In this document: positions 38,546-51,150 of the stretch, one piece after another
Layout of the letters: each line of letters starts with the position of its first letter
Position numbering within the stretch: the stretch's first letter is position 1
Assembly: GCA_051294375.1 (NCBI GenBank)
Contig: CM119267.1
Coordinates: forward strand, 2,363,738 to 2,427,737
DNA from: Paraspadella gotoi
Lineage: Eukaryota; Animalia; Chaetognatha
Direction of reading: 5' to 3'
DNA: 64,000 bases
Translations under genes and position numbers: made by a program
Notes under the pieces: model-generated
Told to the model about the DNA's origin: nothing
Seen by the model: only the letters and a program-made list of their open reading frames with translations
Database searches by the model: none

Positions 38546-39293
38546 TAAGAAGAGATTTAGGGTAAAAACGGGCCAATTTTATTTTCTTTTTTTTTTGTTC
38601 ATTAATTTTTATAAAGTTAACAATAATAGTATTTTTTTATTCATTTTTATCTGAAATGTGTGGATAAGGCGCTAAGTGTAATACTAATAGTAATACTAAT
38701 AGTAATACTAGAATTCGCTCTAAATGGCCACAAATGTTTTTTAAAGGGATTTATCTTTTGACTCCGTTTCCTTAATTTTGAAAGGGAAAGGGATTAATTT
38801 CTCACTCCTTTCCTCTAATTTAAAAAAAGGAAAGGATGAATCTCTTTCGGCAGCTGTGACGCGATGGCGATAATCTGGACCGAGTCACTTTGGTCTTTTG
38901 TTTCCGAAGACAAAATGGAGGATCTGGAGGAAAGAAGGAAAAAGGAGGAAAAGGGAAAAAAAGAGGAGGAGAAAATAGGAGAAGAAAAAAGGAGGAAGAA
39001 AAAAGAGGAAAAGAAGAGAAAAAAGAAGGAAGAGAAAAAAAAGAATAGGAGGAGAAAAAAAGGAGAAAGAGGAAAGAGGAAGAAAAAAGAGAAAAAAAAG
39101 GAGGAAGGGGAAAATAGAAGAGGAGGAGAAAAATAGGAGAAGAAAAAAGGAGGAAGAAAAAATAGGAAAAGAAGAAGAAAGAAATAAAGAAGGAAAGAAG
39201 GAAAGAAAAAAGAAAGAAAAAAGAAAGAAAGAAAGAAACAAAAAAGAAAAAGAAAAAGAGTCAAAAGGAGAAAAGGAAAGAGCATCAACAACC

Positions 39294-39350
<57 letters not shown>

Positions 39351-40300
39351 TTTCAAGTCTGCGCATTATCCGGATTCCCTCCAAAATATTCACCGTGGAA
39401 GGAGGTTTTCTCCTGATGCGAAAGTCAAGGGAAGTTGAGGAAAAAAGGAAAAATTGAAAAGAATAAAAGAAAAAAAAGATTAAAAAAGATTAAAAGATTA
39501 AAAGATTAAAATATGCGAGACCAAAAGAAGATTAAATCTTCGTCCAATAATAAAAAAAATTTTAGATATAAAATTGATAAGAAAAGCTTTCAGCGAAAAT
39601 TTAAACAAATAGGATGATAAGTAATGTAATGTAAATGGTCCAGTAGATAGACCAAATAGTTTGCCTCTCTTGCTACTGTAGCGACAGACAACGAACGACA
39701 AAGAATGAAAATAAAAAGGACTAAGATAAAAGCATTAAAACAAAAAATGAAATTTTTAAAATAATTTCAATGTGTTCAGCTAAAGTTCTTTTGCTGAGAA
39801 TGAAATAAAAAATGAATAAAAGCTTTTTTCAAAGCAGAAATGAACTAGATCCCTAAAATGATGTAAATAGATTTAAAACAAACGAGAAGGAGAATTTCTA
39901 AAAAAATTTCATTGCCACTTTTTTTGCTGAAACTAAGGCTTAGTTACACAAACTTAGTACTGTATAAATTTAATACTTATAAAAGTTAACCTTTCATTCT
40001 CTATATCTGCGATCCTCAGATAAAATACTGAATCCAGAAAATTAAACAGAAATTTCTCGGAATGTAAATTATGTCAAATTTTCCCAATTGCACACAATGT
40101 TGTGCTCAATGTGCGGAGCACAGGAAATATGCGAATTCACCAAAAAACTAAAACAAATGACGAAATGAAAAAAAAAAAGGAAATCTAAAAAAAGAAGTAA
40201 AAAACAAAATAAAAAAGAGAAGAAAATAAAAAACAGAGAAAACTTTGATTGAAGTTCGACTAAGAGAAAAGATAAAGAAACAAAAGGGGAAAATTGGAAT

Positions 40301-40301
<1 letters not shown>

Positions 40302-40345
<44 letters not shown>

Positions 40346-40346
40346 T
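40302..40346 (+). repeat. (GAC)n microsatellite
   Basis: About 14 perfect units. Confidence 0.95.
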
Positions 40347-40719
40347 CTCAGGGCTTTGGTCGGGGGAATTCGGGTTGATAAAATCCGAGAGAGAGAGGAG
40401 AGAGAGAGAACGATGAGAGAGAGAGAGAGAGAGAGAAAACCCAGACAAAATTACAAAAGTTATACACGGATAAAAATACAGAGAAACCGACTAAATAATA
40501 ATATTAAAACGTAAACAGCTAAGAAACCATTCAAACGTAAAAAGAAATATATTAAAAAACAGGCTATAACTCAAAACAAAAGACAGACAAAACCGACAGA
40601 CGGATGGTCAAATGGAGAAAGAAAGACTCGCGAAAGAAAATCTCATAAAAGCGTGAGGATCTCACGGGAAAAACAAAATGATGCGAAGAGAGAAAACGAC
40701 ACAAAAGAAAATGAGAAAT

Positions 40720-42120
40720 GAAAAAAAGAGAGAGGAGGCGCCAAGGAGAAACGGAATGGGGTGAAAGAAAAAAAAGGAAAGAGAGGAAAGTGGAGGAAAG
40801 AAAAGAGAAAAGGGGGGAAAAATGGAGGAAAAGAAAGAAGAGGGGCGCCAAAGAGAACGGAATGGGGGGAAAAAAAAAGGGAGGAAAGTGGAGGAAGAAA
40901 AGAGAAAAGGGGAAAAAAATGGAGAAAGAAAGAAAGAGAGGGGAGGCGCAAGGAGAGAAACGGAATGAAAGAAAAAAAAGAAAAGAGAGGAAAGTGGAGG
41001 AAGAAAAGAGAAAAGGGGGGAAAAATGGAGGAAAGAAAGAAGAGGAGGAGGGCGCCAAGGAGAAACGGAATGGGGAAAGAAAAAAAAAGAAAAGAGAGGA
41101 AAGTGGAGGAAAGAAAAGAGAAAAGGGGAAAAATGGAGGAAAGAAAGAAAGAGAGAGGAGGCGCCAAGGAGAAACGGAATGGGGAAAGAAAAAAAAGGGA
41201 GGAAAGAAAAAAGAAAAGAGGGAAAATAGAGGAAAGAAAAGAGAAAAGAGGGAAAAATGGAGGAAAGAAAAAGAGAGAGGGGAAAAGGGAGGAAAGAAAA
41301 GAGAAAAGAGGGAAAATGGAGGAAAAAAAGAGAAAAGAGGGAAAAATGGAGCAAAGAAAAAGAGAGAGGGGAAAAGGAGGAAAGAAAAGAGAAAAGAGGG
41401 AAAATGGAGGAGAAAAAAAGGGAGGGGGGAAAAGGGAAGAAGAATGAGGAAAAAAGGAGGAAAGAAAAAATAATAGAGAGGAAAATGGAGGAAAGAAAAG
41501 AGAAAAGAGGGAAAAATGGAGGAAAGAAAAAGAGAGAGTGGGAAAGGGAGGAAAGAAAAGAGAATAGGGGGAAAAATGGAGGAAAGAAAAAGAGAGAGGG
41601 GGAAAGGGAGGAAGAAAGAGAAAAAATGGAGGAAAGAAAAAAAGAATAGAGAGGAAAATGGAAGAAAGAAAAGAGAAAAGAACAAAAAATTGAGGAAAGA
41701 AAAAGAGAGAGGGGGAAAAGGGAGAAAAGAAAAAAGAAAAGAAGGAAAATAGAGGAAAGAAAAAAGAGAGGGGAAAAGGAAGGAAGAAAGAGAAAAAATG
41801 AAGGAAAGAAAAAATAATAGAGAGGAAAATGGACGAAAGAAAAGAGAAAAGAGTGAAAAATGGAGGATAGAAAAAGAGAGAGGGGGAAAGGGAGGAAGAA
41901 AGAGAAAAAATTGGAGGAAAGAAAAAAATAATAGAGAGGAAAATGGACGAAAGAAAAGAGAAGAGGGAAAAATGGAGGATAGAAAAAGAGAGAGGGGGAC
42001 AAGGGAGGAAAGAAAAAAGAAAAGAAAGAAATGGAGAAAAGAAAAAAAGAGGGAGAAAGGGGAGGAAGAAAGAGAAAAAAATGGAGGAAAGAAAAAAAAT
42101 AGAGAGGAAAATGGAGGAAA
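40720..42120 (+). repeat. Purine-rich satellite: five ~105-bp units marked by 'ggcgccaaggagaaacggaatgg', then shorter degenerate 'aaaatggaggaaagaaaagag' units
   Basis: Anchors at 40737, 40844, 40945, 41051, 41160 (periods 101-109 bp). Confidence 0.88.
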
Positions 42121-42436
42121 GACAATGAAGACGGCGACATCATCGAGAGACTTCGGTGACATGACGTGATCATGTGAACAACAAACTTAAAAGTTAAAAG
42201 AGAGAGAAAGAGAGAGAGAAAGAGAGAAAGAGAGAGAANNNNNNNNNNNNNNNNNNNNNNNNNNNNNNNNNNNNNNNNNNNNNNNNNNNNNNNNNNNNNN
42301 NNNNNNNNNNNNNNNNNNNNNNNNNNNNNNNNNNNNNNNNNNNNNNNNNNNNNNNNNNNNNNNNNNNNNNNNNNNNNNNNNNNNNNNNNNNNNNNNNNNN
42401 NNNNNNNNNNNNNNNNNNNNNNNNNNNNNNNNNNNN

Positions 42437-42471
<35 letters not shown>

Positions 42472-43439
42472 TGTAGAAGAAGAATGGAAAATGTTTGTTG
42501 TGGAGGCGATAGACGTATTTGAAATAAGAAAAAAGAAAGAAAAAAAGGGAAAAATATTGGAAATAATAATAGTAGAAAAGTCGGAAGCAGCAAAATTTAA
42601 GAAGAAACCTGCATTTTGCCGCATTTGTCGTATTTTGCCGCATTTTGCCGCAATTTCGCCGCGTTTTCGCCTCATTTTTGAGCCATCTTTTCTCGCCAAA
42701 AGAAAAGAAAAAAATTAAAAGAGAAAATCAAAAAAAGAAAGGAAAAGAGAAAAAGAAAAAGAAAAGAAAAGAAGAAAGAAGAGGGGAAAAGGAAAAAAGA
42801 AAAAAAAGGAAAAGCGGAATGAAAAGAAGTTTCACTAATTTTCCGAATGACCTTCGCTCAGTCGTCACGTGACAAAAATTAGATCGAATGGAGCGAATAT
42901 TATTTTGGTGAAAGTGAAATTTAATCACTTGTCTTATTTTTACTCAATTTTGATATTTTTTAATATAAGTATATTCAATTGTATTTTCATAGGCTTTCAA
43001 ATCGGTCATATTTTTTTCAAAACGCTTCATTAAAAATTAAATTCAGAAAATAAGTTAGTTTTTAGGTTAATAAATGAAATTAGGGTATATAATAAGGGTT
43101 AAGAAATACTTTGGTCAACGTTCGGGATTAAGATGAGGTTTTGATGAATTTAGTTGATGAATATGGATTAGGAGCTAAGATTAAGGATTAGGGTAAAGGA
43201 TTAGGGTGAAGGATTAGAGTTAAGGATGATAGATTAGAATTTAGGATTAGGATAAAATTAGATATTAAATAAAGTAGTTACTAAGAGATTAGAGTTAAAT
43301 TTCATAAAAAAATTAAATTAAGATTAAGGTATTAGAAACATAAATGTGGCGCATTCGGAAAATAGCGCCCTTAACTCATTTTCACTACAAAAGTTTTTAT
43401 TTTTAGTAAATTGGTTTCGTTCCTAGAACCCCCAATCCC

Positions 43440-43655
43440 CTAATGTAGTCACTCTCGCCATACCCCATTCGTAGTGAATCTCCGCCGTCCCCTTTTTGTA
43501 GTAACTCTCCGCCTTCACTCTTAAGTAGTGACTCTCCATCACCCCGATTTTCGTAGTGACTTTCTGCCATCCATCTTTCATACTGACTCTCCATCGCCCC
43601 CCCCCTTTTTCGTAGTGATTCTCCGCCTCCCACCTTTCGTAGTGACCCCATTGTC
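43440..43655 (+). repeat. ~27-bp degenerate minisatellite (gtagtgactctccgcc...)
   Basis: Eight anchors at ~43446, 43471, 43498, 43525, 43553, 43580, 43612, 43639. Confidence 0.8.
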
Positions 43656-43879
43656 GCGCCCATAAAAGCCTCGTCCGTTTCTCCCTTCGCCTCCGACATC
43701 AACTTCGTCCGAAAACTTTAACAACTTCGCGAGTCAATGGCTTCGGAGTTTGTGTCATTATCGATGGCACGCTGTCATTATCGATGTCATTATCGCCGAG
43801 CCAATGTCATCGCTGAGTAGTAGTATTAGCGTCGGCGTTCGCTTTAAGAATTAAAATGGTTTTTTTTTGGCGCCAAAGA

Positions 43880-44375
43880 AGAAATGGGGAGGAAGGAGAC
43901 AAAAGAAGAAAGACGAAGGAAGGAGACAAAGAGGAAAAAAGCCGTGGAAGGAGACAAAAGTATAAAGGCGAAGAAAGGATACAAAGAGGAAAAAGGCTGT
44001 GGAAGGAGACAAAAGAATAAAGGGGAAGGAAACAAACAGGAAAAAGGCCGTGGAAGGCGACAAAAGAATTAAGGCTAAGAAGGAAACAAACAGGAAAAAG
44101 GCTGTGGAAGGAGACAAAAAAGAAAGATGAAGGAAGGATACAAAGATGAAAAAGGCTGTGGAAGGAGACAAAAAAAATAAAGGCTCAGAAGGAGACAAAC
44201 AAGAAAAAGGCCATGGAAGGAGACAAAAAAATAAAGGCAATGGAAGGATACAAATAGGAAAAAACCGCGGAAGGAGATAAAAGAAGAAAGGCGGAGGAAG
44301 GAGACAAAGAGGAAAAGGCCGTGAAAGGAGACAAAAGAAGAAAGGCGAAAGAAGGAGACAAAGGGAAAAAAGCGG
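43880..44375 (+). repeat. ~54-bp minisatellite built from two ~27-bp halves, each containing 'gaaggagacaaa'
   Basis: 'gc(c/t)gtggaaggagacaaaa' at ~43941, 43996, 44047, 44101, 44156, 44210, 44265, 44318. Confidence 0.88.
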
Positions 44376-45145
44376 AGCAAGTGAGAGTCAAGCCTTAAAT
44401 CAAAGAAACGTAATTTAAGTGTGATTTATATCAAAGCAAAACAACAAAGCAAGTTCCGCCCAAATGAAATTCTTGGTTGCCAATCACGAGTCCAGGGAAA
44501 AATCTCTCAGTCTACAATACATTAATTCATAAATTACTAATCTAAAATCTCATTTAAAAAAATCCAATTAAACGAAAAAGGAAGAAGTAAAAGTGGTGTG
44601 ATAGATATCACACTGGTGGCGTAGTGGTTAAATATACTTTACTTTAAATTGATTGTATGTTACAGGGCATGCATAATAAAGTGGTATAACTGAAAATAGG
44701 CGAAGTGGTATGAGAGTCATAGATGAAGTCGTGTGAAATAAGGTGAAGGAAAAAGTGTTTTTAATCAAAATCGTAAAATGTGATTTTTACTTCAGAAGTC
44801 CTGTAGACGCTATAAAGACGAATGTCTTCCCATTAATTTTCCATTTATCAGGGCACCTGAGAAAGAGAGAGAGAGAGAGAGAGGAGGAGAGAGAGAGCAG
44901 AGAGAGAGGAGAGAGAGAGAGAGAGAGAGGAGAGAGGACGGAATTCAGAGAAGAATTATTACGGCGCGCGTCAATTTAAAAATGGTAATTTTAGGAAAAA
45001 AAAAATGTATGAGGGCGATTTAAAATTTTCAGGTGTTTTAGTTGGCAAATAGATGATATACTGTATATTTACGTATAATGGAATACGAAACGCTGCTAGA
45101 GGAGAAGAGAGAGAGAGAAGAGAGAGAGGAGAGGAGAGAGAGAGA

Positions 45146-45177
<32 letters not shown>

Positions 45178-45619
45178 TGAGAGAGAGAAGGAGAGAGAGG
45201 AGGAGAGAGGGTTTTTGCAGGGTAGGAAATTAAATAGGATGAAGAGAGAGACAGTAAGAGTGGAGAAGGCGTGTCGAAGACGACGACGACGAAGACGATG
45301 ATAACGACGACGACGACGAAGACGGTGACGAGGACAACGACGACGACGACGACGACGATGGCGTCGATCCAAAAAACAACATATCAGGCATCAAATCGAC
45401 AACAATGAAAAACGATGCAACGAAAATTTGACGAAATGAAAAAAAAATGGAAGGAAATGAAAAGAAAAGAAAGAAAAAGAAAAAAAAAGAAAAGAAAGAA
45501 AAAGAAAAAAAGAAAAGAAAAGAAAATAAAGAAAAAAAGAAAAGAAAAGAAAGAAAAAGAAAAATAGAAAAGAAAAGAAAGAAAAAGAAAAGCAATGAAA
45601 GTGAGAATGAAGGAAAGAA

Positions 45620-45622
45620 GGA

Positions 45623-45690
<68 letters not shown>

Positions 45691-45705
45691 AATAAAGAAA
45701 GAAAG
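45620..45705 (+). repeat. (GAAA)n microsatellite
   Basis: About 17 perfect units. Confidence 0.92.
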
Positions 45706-46054
45706 AGAGAAAAAGAAAAAGAAAAAGAAAAAGAGAGAGAGAGAGAGAGAGATAGAGCCGTCTTCAGAGGGAAGTGTTGAGTGAGCCGTTTATTAACCGA
45801 GATAAAGCGCCCATAGAAGAAAAGAACCTTTTTAACATTTCAGTCGCCTTGAAGATAATAACAGTGACGACGACGATGACGACGATGACGACGACGACGA
45901 CGAGGACAATGCATCGATGAGGATGAGTGAATTGTGGGGAATCGGCTTATATATATATATATTAAAAACCGTGAGTTGGTTTAAAATTTCGTTGTTCAAT
46001 CTTACAGCATTTCCAATTCATACTCAGAAACGTTTCTTCCTGATTAAACGGTAT

Positions 46055-46400
46055 GCCTTTGCTTTCCTTTGCTTTGCTTTTGCTTTGCTTTGCTTTGCTT
46101 ACCTTTCCTTTGCTTTTGATTTGATTTGCTTTGCTTTTCTTTCCTTTCCTTTCCTTTGCTTTTGCTTTCCTTTCCTTTGCTTTTGATTTGCTTTGCTTTG
46201 CTTTGCTTACCTCTTTCCTTTGCTTTGCTTTTGATTTGCTTTGCTTTCAATTTTGCTTCTTCTCCTTTCTTTTCCTTTCCTTTTTTTTCCTTTCCTTTCC
46301 TTTCCTTTTCTTTCTTTTCCTTTCCTTTCCTTTCCTTTCCTTTCCTTTCCTTTCCTTTCCTTTCCTTTCCTTTCCTTTCCTTTCCTTTCCTTTCCTTTCC
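46055..46400 (+). repeat. Compound pentanucleotide microsatellite (CTTTG)n grading into (CTTTC)n
   Basis: ctttgctttgc... then a perfect tttcc array at ~46316-46400. Mirrored at ~55075-55530. Confidence 0.92.
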
Positions 46401-46889
46401 CTTTCTTTTCTCTCTCCCTTCTTTTTCGTTCTTTTCCTTTTATCCTTTTATTGTGCTAGATTCTTCTTACGAATCCTTTCTTTCCTCAATGATGCAGATT
46501 CAAACGTATTTTTCATCAACCAGATTTAATCTGGCTTCTCGAATAAAAAAAAACAACAACAACAAAAACGACGACGACGACGACGACAACGACAACGATG
46601 ACATCGACAACAACAACGACGACCATTTCCCCAAACGCCTGTCGAGCTGACAGGCGGTCGTCATTTGGTCTCGTTCCAATTTCCTCTGGTCAATTAACGG
46701 AGGCTCCTTTCCTCCCCGCCTCTATCTCTCCCTCTCTCTTCCTCTCTCTTCCTCTCTCTCCCTCTCTCTCTCTCCCTCACTTGTCTCTGGCGCGAAGCGA
46801 GATAATTAAAATAAAATTGAATTAAATTTTAAAAGAATAAATTTTAAAAAATATTAATAATAATCGAGGTCGTTGAATATTATTTTCAA

Positions 46890-47160
46890 TTCGTCCGCTT
46901 CTTCATCTTCGTCCGCTTCTTTCAATCGTCCGCTTCTTCATATTCGTCCGCTTCTTTCAATCGTCCGCTTTGACCGCTTCGATCGCTGAGACCGCTTCTC
47001 GTCATGACAACGAGAATAAATCTAAATTGAGTGTGTGTGTCGAACGCGACTCGTTATGCTCACCTTCGTTCGTTCTTGGTTCGTTTCGTTTCGTTCGTTC
47101 GTTCGGTTCGTTGTTTCGGTTCGTCGGTGTCGTTTGTTTCGTTGTTGATCTTCGGTTCGT
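46890..47160 (+). repeat. ~18-bp repeat (tcgtccgcttcttcatat) followed by a (TTCG)n tract
   Basis: Five 'tcgtccgctt' units at 46890-46970 and (TTCG)-like repeats at 47065-47160. Mirrored at 54120-54460. Confidence 0.8.
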
Positions 47161-49720
47161 CACGACGACGACACGACCGAACGACAACGATGGTAACTAT
47201 GGACGTAAGGACGGACGAAAAAGAAACCGAAGCGACGCCGGACGAACGAGCGGTTCTGGGATCGCTGAGGTTTCCGTCAAAGTGCGTCCCAGGCGACTTC
47301 TTCACAAAGCAAAGACCCGGTGGCCACCTAATTCTCTCTTCTCTCTCTCTCCTCTCGTCTCCTCGCTCTCTCTCTCTCTCCTACTCTCTCTCTCTCGTCA
47401 CTCTCTAGTTCTCTCTCTCTTTCTCTTCTCGGTCCAACGTGCGCCGTAAATCTTACCTAGAGTGTGCAAACAAGTAAGAAAAATAAAGAATTTGCTTTTT
47501 ATATTTCTAACACGACTTTTAATTTTCTTGTGTTACTATATTGCGATTTCCACTCGGAAGATGTTTAGAAAAGCAATCACGCTAAAAGAGAGGACGAGTA
47601 CGCGGGGAGAAAGATGAAGGGCGAAGGGGGAGAACGACGAGACGATGAGACCGTAGACGACGCATGACGCTGGACAACCACGAGCAAGAGAAAGGACGAG
47701 ATGAGAGCAGAAGAAAGATTCGATAGGACGTGACGAAGCAGCAGCAGCCCGTGCGGATGCTGCCAGCGAACGTACTCTCACGCCATCTCAAGAACTGAGA
47801 GACTCGGAAAAATGGTCCAGGATCAGACGACGCATGATCACGATGGCGTTTTTTCTCAAAACTGCTCGATTATACGAAATTTGCAAAATTATGTGTAAAT
47901 AATAACAATGTCGAAAGACCCAAGTGGATGAGCAATAATAGACAAGAATCCTGAGACAAATTGGCCAAAAGTTACAAGGGAAACTCACTTCGGATTAAGA
48001 AGCCTAAGAAATTTGCCGTTACTCTTTGTCAATATATAGAGGAGCAAAAAAGAAAAAAAACCTTTTAATTGTTTTGTCACGGATAAAAAGACAATTGGGA
48101 GAGACCAGAGACCTGATAGAGAGAGAGATACTTGAGCGTACGAGACAATCATAAAGAGAACTCTTAACGAGAACACATTGTACTAAAATTGCTGGAAGAC
48201 GACTCGCAGATTTCAATGTACCAGAACAAGACTTGTATGACATCTTCGAGAGACGAGATGGCAGAGAGAGAGAGCGGTGATGTTGTTGGCAAAAGCGAAA
48301 TAGACAATTTTCCAATACTATTTTTAGATCCTTTCCGTTTTTTCTTTTTCTAATTCTCTCTTCTTTCCTTTTTCTCTTATTTCATTATACTAATATAATT
48401 AATGTCACTACTAGCTCCTCTTTTTTATCTCCTTTAAATTAAATTAATTAATTTTTTTCACTTTTTTCATAGTATTTCTTTCTCTCTCCTCCTTNNNNNN
48501 NNNNNNNNNNNNNNNNNNNAATCCTTCCTTTTTCCTTATTTCTTTCTTTCCTTTTTCCTTATTTCTTTCTTTTTTTTTCTTATTTCTTTTTTTCCCTTTT
48601 TCCTTATTTTTTTTCCTTTTTTCTTATTTCTTTCTTTTTTTTCCTTATTTCTTTTCTTCCTTTTTCCTCCCTCATCGCCCAACCCGCCTCTGATACGTAC
48701 GTCGCCGAGAGAATGATTACGTCCAAAGTTGGCATAAATTTTATCATTTTGTGAATGAACATCTTTCATTCTTTGTTCATTCTTTGTCCTAATTCATTTT
48801 TCATCTTTTCTTTTTTCCTCCATCTCTTCTTCTTTCCTTCCTCCTTTCCTCTTCCTCCTTTCCTCCTCCTCCTTCTTCTTCTCTTCCTCCTCATCCTCCT
48901 CCTCCTCCTCCTCCTCCTCCTGTCCTGTTTTTCCCTTCCCGAGATCATATTGGATTTTCCAGGGGTTAATGCGGCCACGAGGCATTTGTTTTATGGGGCC
49001 CTGACCGACGGGACAAGCAATGGACGAAATATGGGCGGAGAGGTTGGGGGGGAAATGGAAGAGGAGGGGAAGGGAGGAACGGGGTGGGGAGAAAATGGAA
49101 GAGGGGAGAAGGGAGGAACGGGGTGGAGGGATAAAAAAGAGGAAAGGAAAAGAGAAAAGAGGTGAAGGAAAAATTAAAAGAGTATAAAGGGTTCGATAAA
49201 ACTGAAAAAATTAAAAAAAGAAATATTTTATTTACAATATTTGAAAATAATTTCTAGATATATATTGAAAACGATTTTCTGTGTTTTACANNNNNNNNNN
49301 NNNNNNNNNNNNNNNGTCATCTCTCTCTTTCTCTATCTCTCGTCTCTATCTATCATCTTTCTCATCTCTCTCCCCCTTTGATTGGCCCTAATCATTCACT
49401 TACGAAGAAAAACTGGGAAGGAATTCCCCAGGCCGGATTTTTGAGGATTCAAGGATTCAGAATTAGGTCTCACCTGAGACCGTGATCTCTCTCTCATGGG
49501 GGTTGGTCGACAATACGAACCGGCCGCGAGACGACCAAAAAGCTTCCTCTCCTTCCGCTCCTCACTCTCTACGAGCCGGTCGAAGGTCGGAGGTCTCCGC
49601 GTCGCTGACTCTCGAAAAATGAGCGAGAATCCTCTTCCTTTCTCTAACCGACGGGCGATCGTCGCGGGGTCTTCGGGTGCGAAAGAATCCGCGAAATACG
49701 CTTTGACTATTTTTTCTCAA

Positions 49721-49924
49721 TCTCTCTCTTCAGTTTTTTGCATTTACTAATTTTTATTATTTTCTCGAAGCTTTTTAATGTTACAATGTGTTACAATAAT
49801 CACATCTAAAATACGCGCTCTGAACCCTCTTTTCTCTCTCTTAAGTTTTGCTTTTCTATTTTTTATTATTTTTCTCGTGCTTTTTAAATGTTTACAAATT
49901 GTTACAATAATCACATCTAAAATA
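49721..49924 (+). repeat. ~92-bp direct duplication (period ~112 bp)
   Basis: 'tctctctctt..agttttg...ttttattatt(t)ttctcg...gttacaataatcacatctaaaata' at 49721-49813 and 49833-49924. Confidence 0.85.
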
Positions 49925-51117
49925 AAAACTTGAAAAAAATATTATGAGGAGGCTGAATATTTTTATGTTGAAGATACCTGCAGAAAATTTCTTTTGCTAA
50001 TTTTTTTCTACGTGAAAAGAATAAAGACAATACATAGTAAAATATGCTTCCCAATGCAATATGATCATTTCCAATTTGATAAACATTATCTATCAATAAC
50101 CTTATCAAGATGTATAACTATAAGTTTTATCACTTTTAAAGTCTCAAATTCCGTATGAAAATATAATTTTATCGAGAAGAGCAGTGAAATAATATTTATA
50201 ATTTGAAGGCATTTTTTTTTGTTGTCTTATTTCCAGCAGAAAATAATTGTAAGAAATAACATCATTTTTTTCATAAGTTAATAATATTTTCGACGTCTTT
50301 TCTTTTTTTCTAATATCTAATTTTTTTACAATTAATTTTTCTGCTGGCAAGTAATAAATGCCATAGAAAAACAGATGAGTTTTAATGAATCGCAATCTTT
50401 GTAAGAAATGACTATTCTGAAAAAACTATTAATTGATATTAAACAGTTAAAATAACATTATTTTCGAGTTTAATTTATGTATAAAACTGTACGCAAGTGG
50501 TAAGTCCTGGAGAGAAAATATTAACGGAACTTTTGTTTTACTTTTAGCCCGCATAAGCGAGCAGTGTGATCGAACACGACATCCTCTAAAACAATGTCAG
50601 AATTCCCAAGACAAAAGACAAAGTTAAACTTGAACCAGACTGAGACGAAAGCAAAGGTAAAGTGATATACGAAAAAAATATAAAAAATTTCTGAAAAAAA
50701 ATTCAATAATTTTATTGTTAAAATTTTACTTTTGATGACCGGAGAGGTTTGAGCGTTTTTTTGAAAAACTAACCCTAAAATATTTATTTAAAAACATTTT
50801 TTAAAAAAAAATTATTACCCGAATTACCCACTAAACCAATAAATCCCTTCTAATCCTACTAATACCGGTCGTAAAAGTAAAATTATGCCCATTTTCATTT
50901 TTATTTTTACCTTGGTATAAAGTAAATCCTTTTTTGTTGTTGTAAATAAAGATTAGTAACAAAGAGAAATTTTTGAATTGTTACAAAAACGATTTTATTA
51001 TTATTAAAATGCAGACATGTTTCGACATACGTACTGTGATTTTTAAATGTTCAGCGCTTAATTAACAGTTGAATAATAATGGAATATTTGTGAGTTAAAG
51101 AGAGAGAAGAGAGATGA

Positions 51118-51150
<33 letters not shown>

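Noticed and set aside
40564-42593. Long minus-strand ORFs of 532 and 643 aa (F/L/S/P-rich)
   Set aside because: They are translations of a purine-rich satellite that lacks stops by composition. All frames are open, one ORF crosses an N gap, and there is no domain signature.
43165-43265. Telomere-like TTAGG/TTAGGG motifs
   Set aside because: Scattered and degenerate ('ggattag' in ~13-bp units), not a tandem telomeric array.
44614-44690. tRNA/SINE A-box-like 'tggcgtagtggtta'
   Set aside because: No B-box (GTTCRA) or cloverleaf follows.
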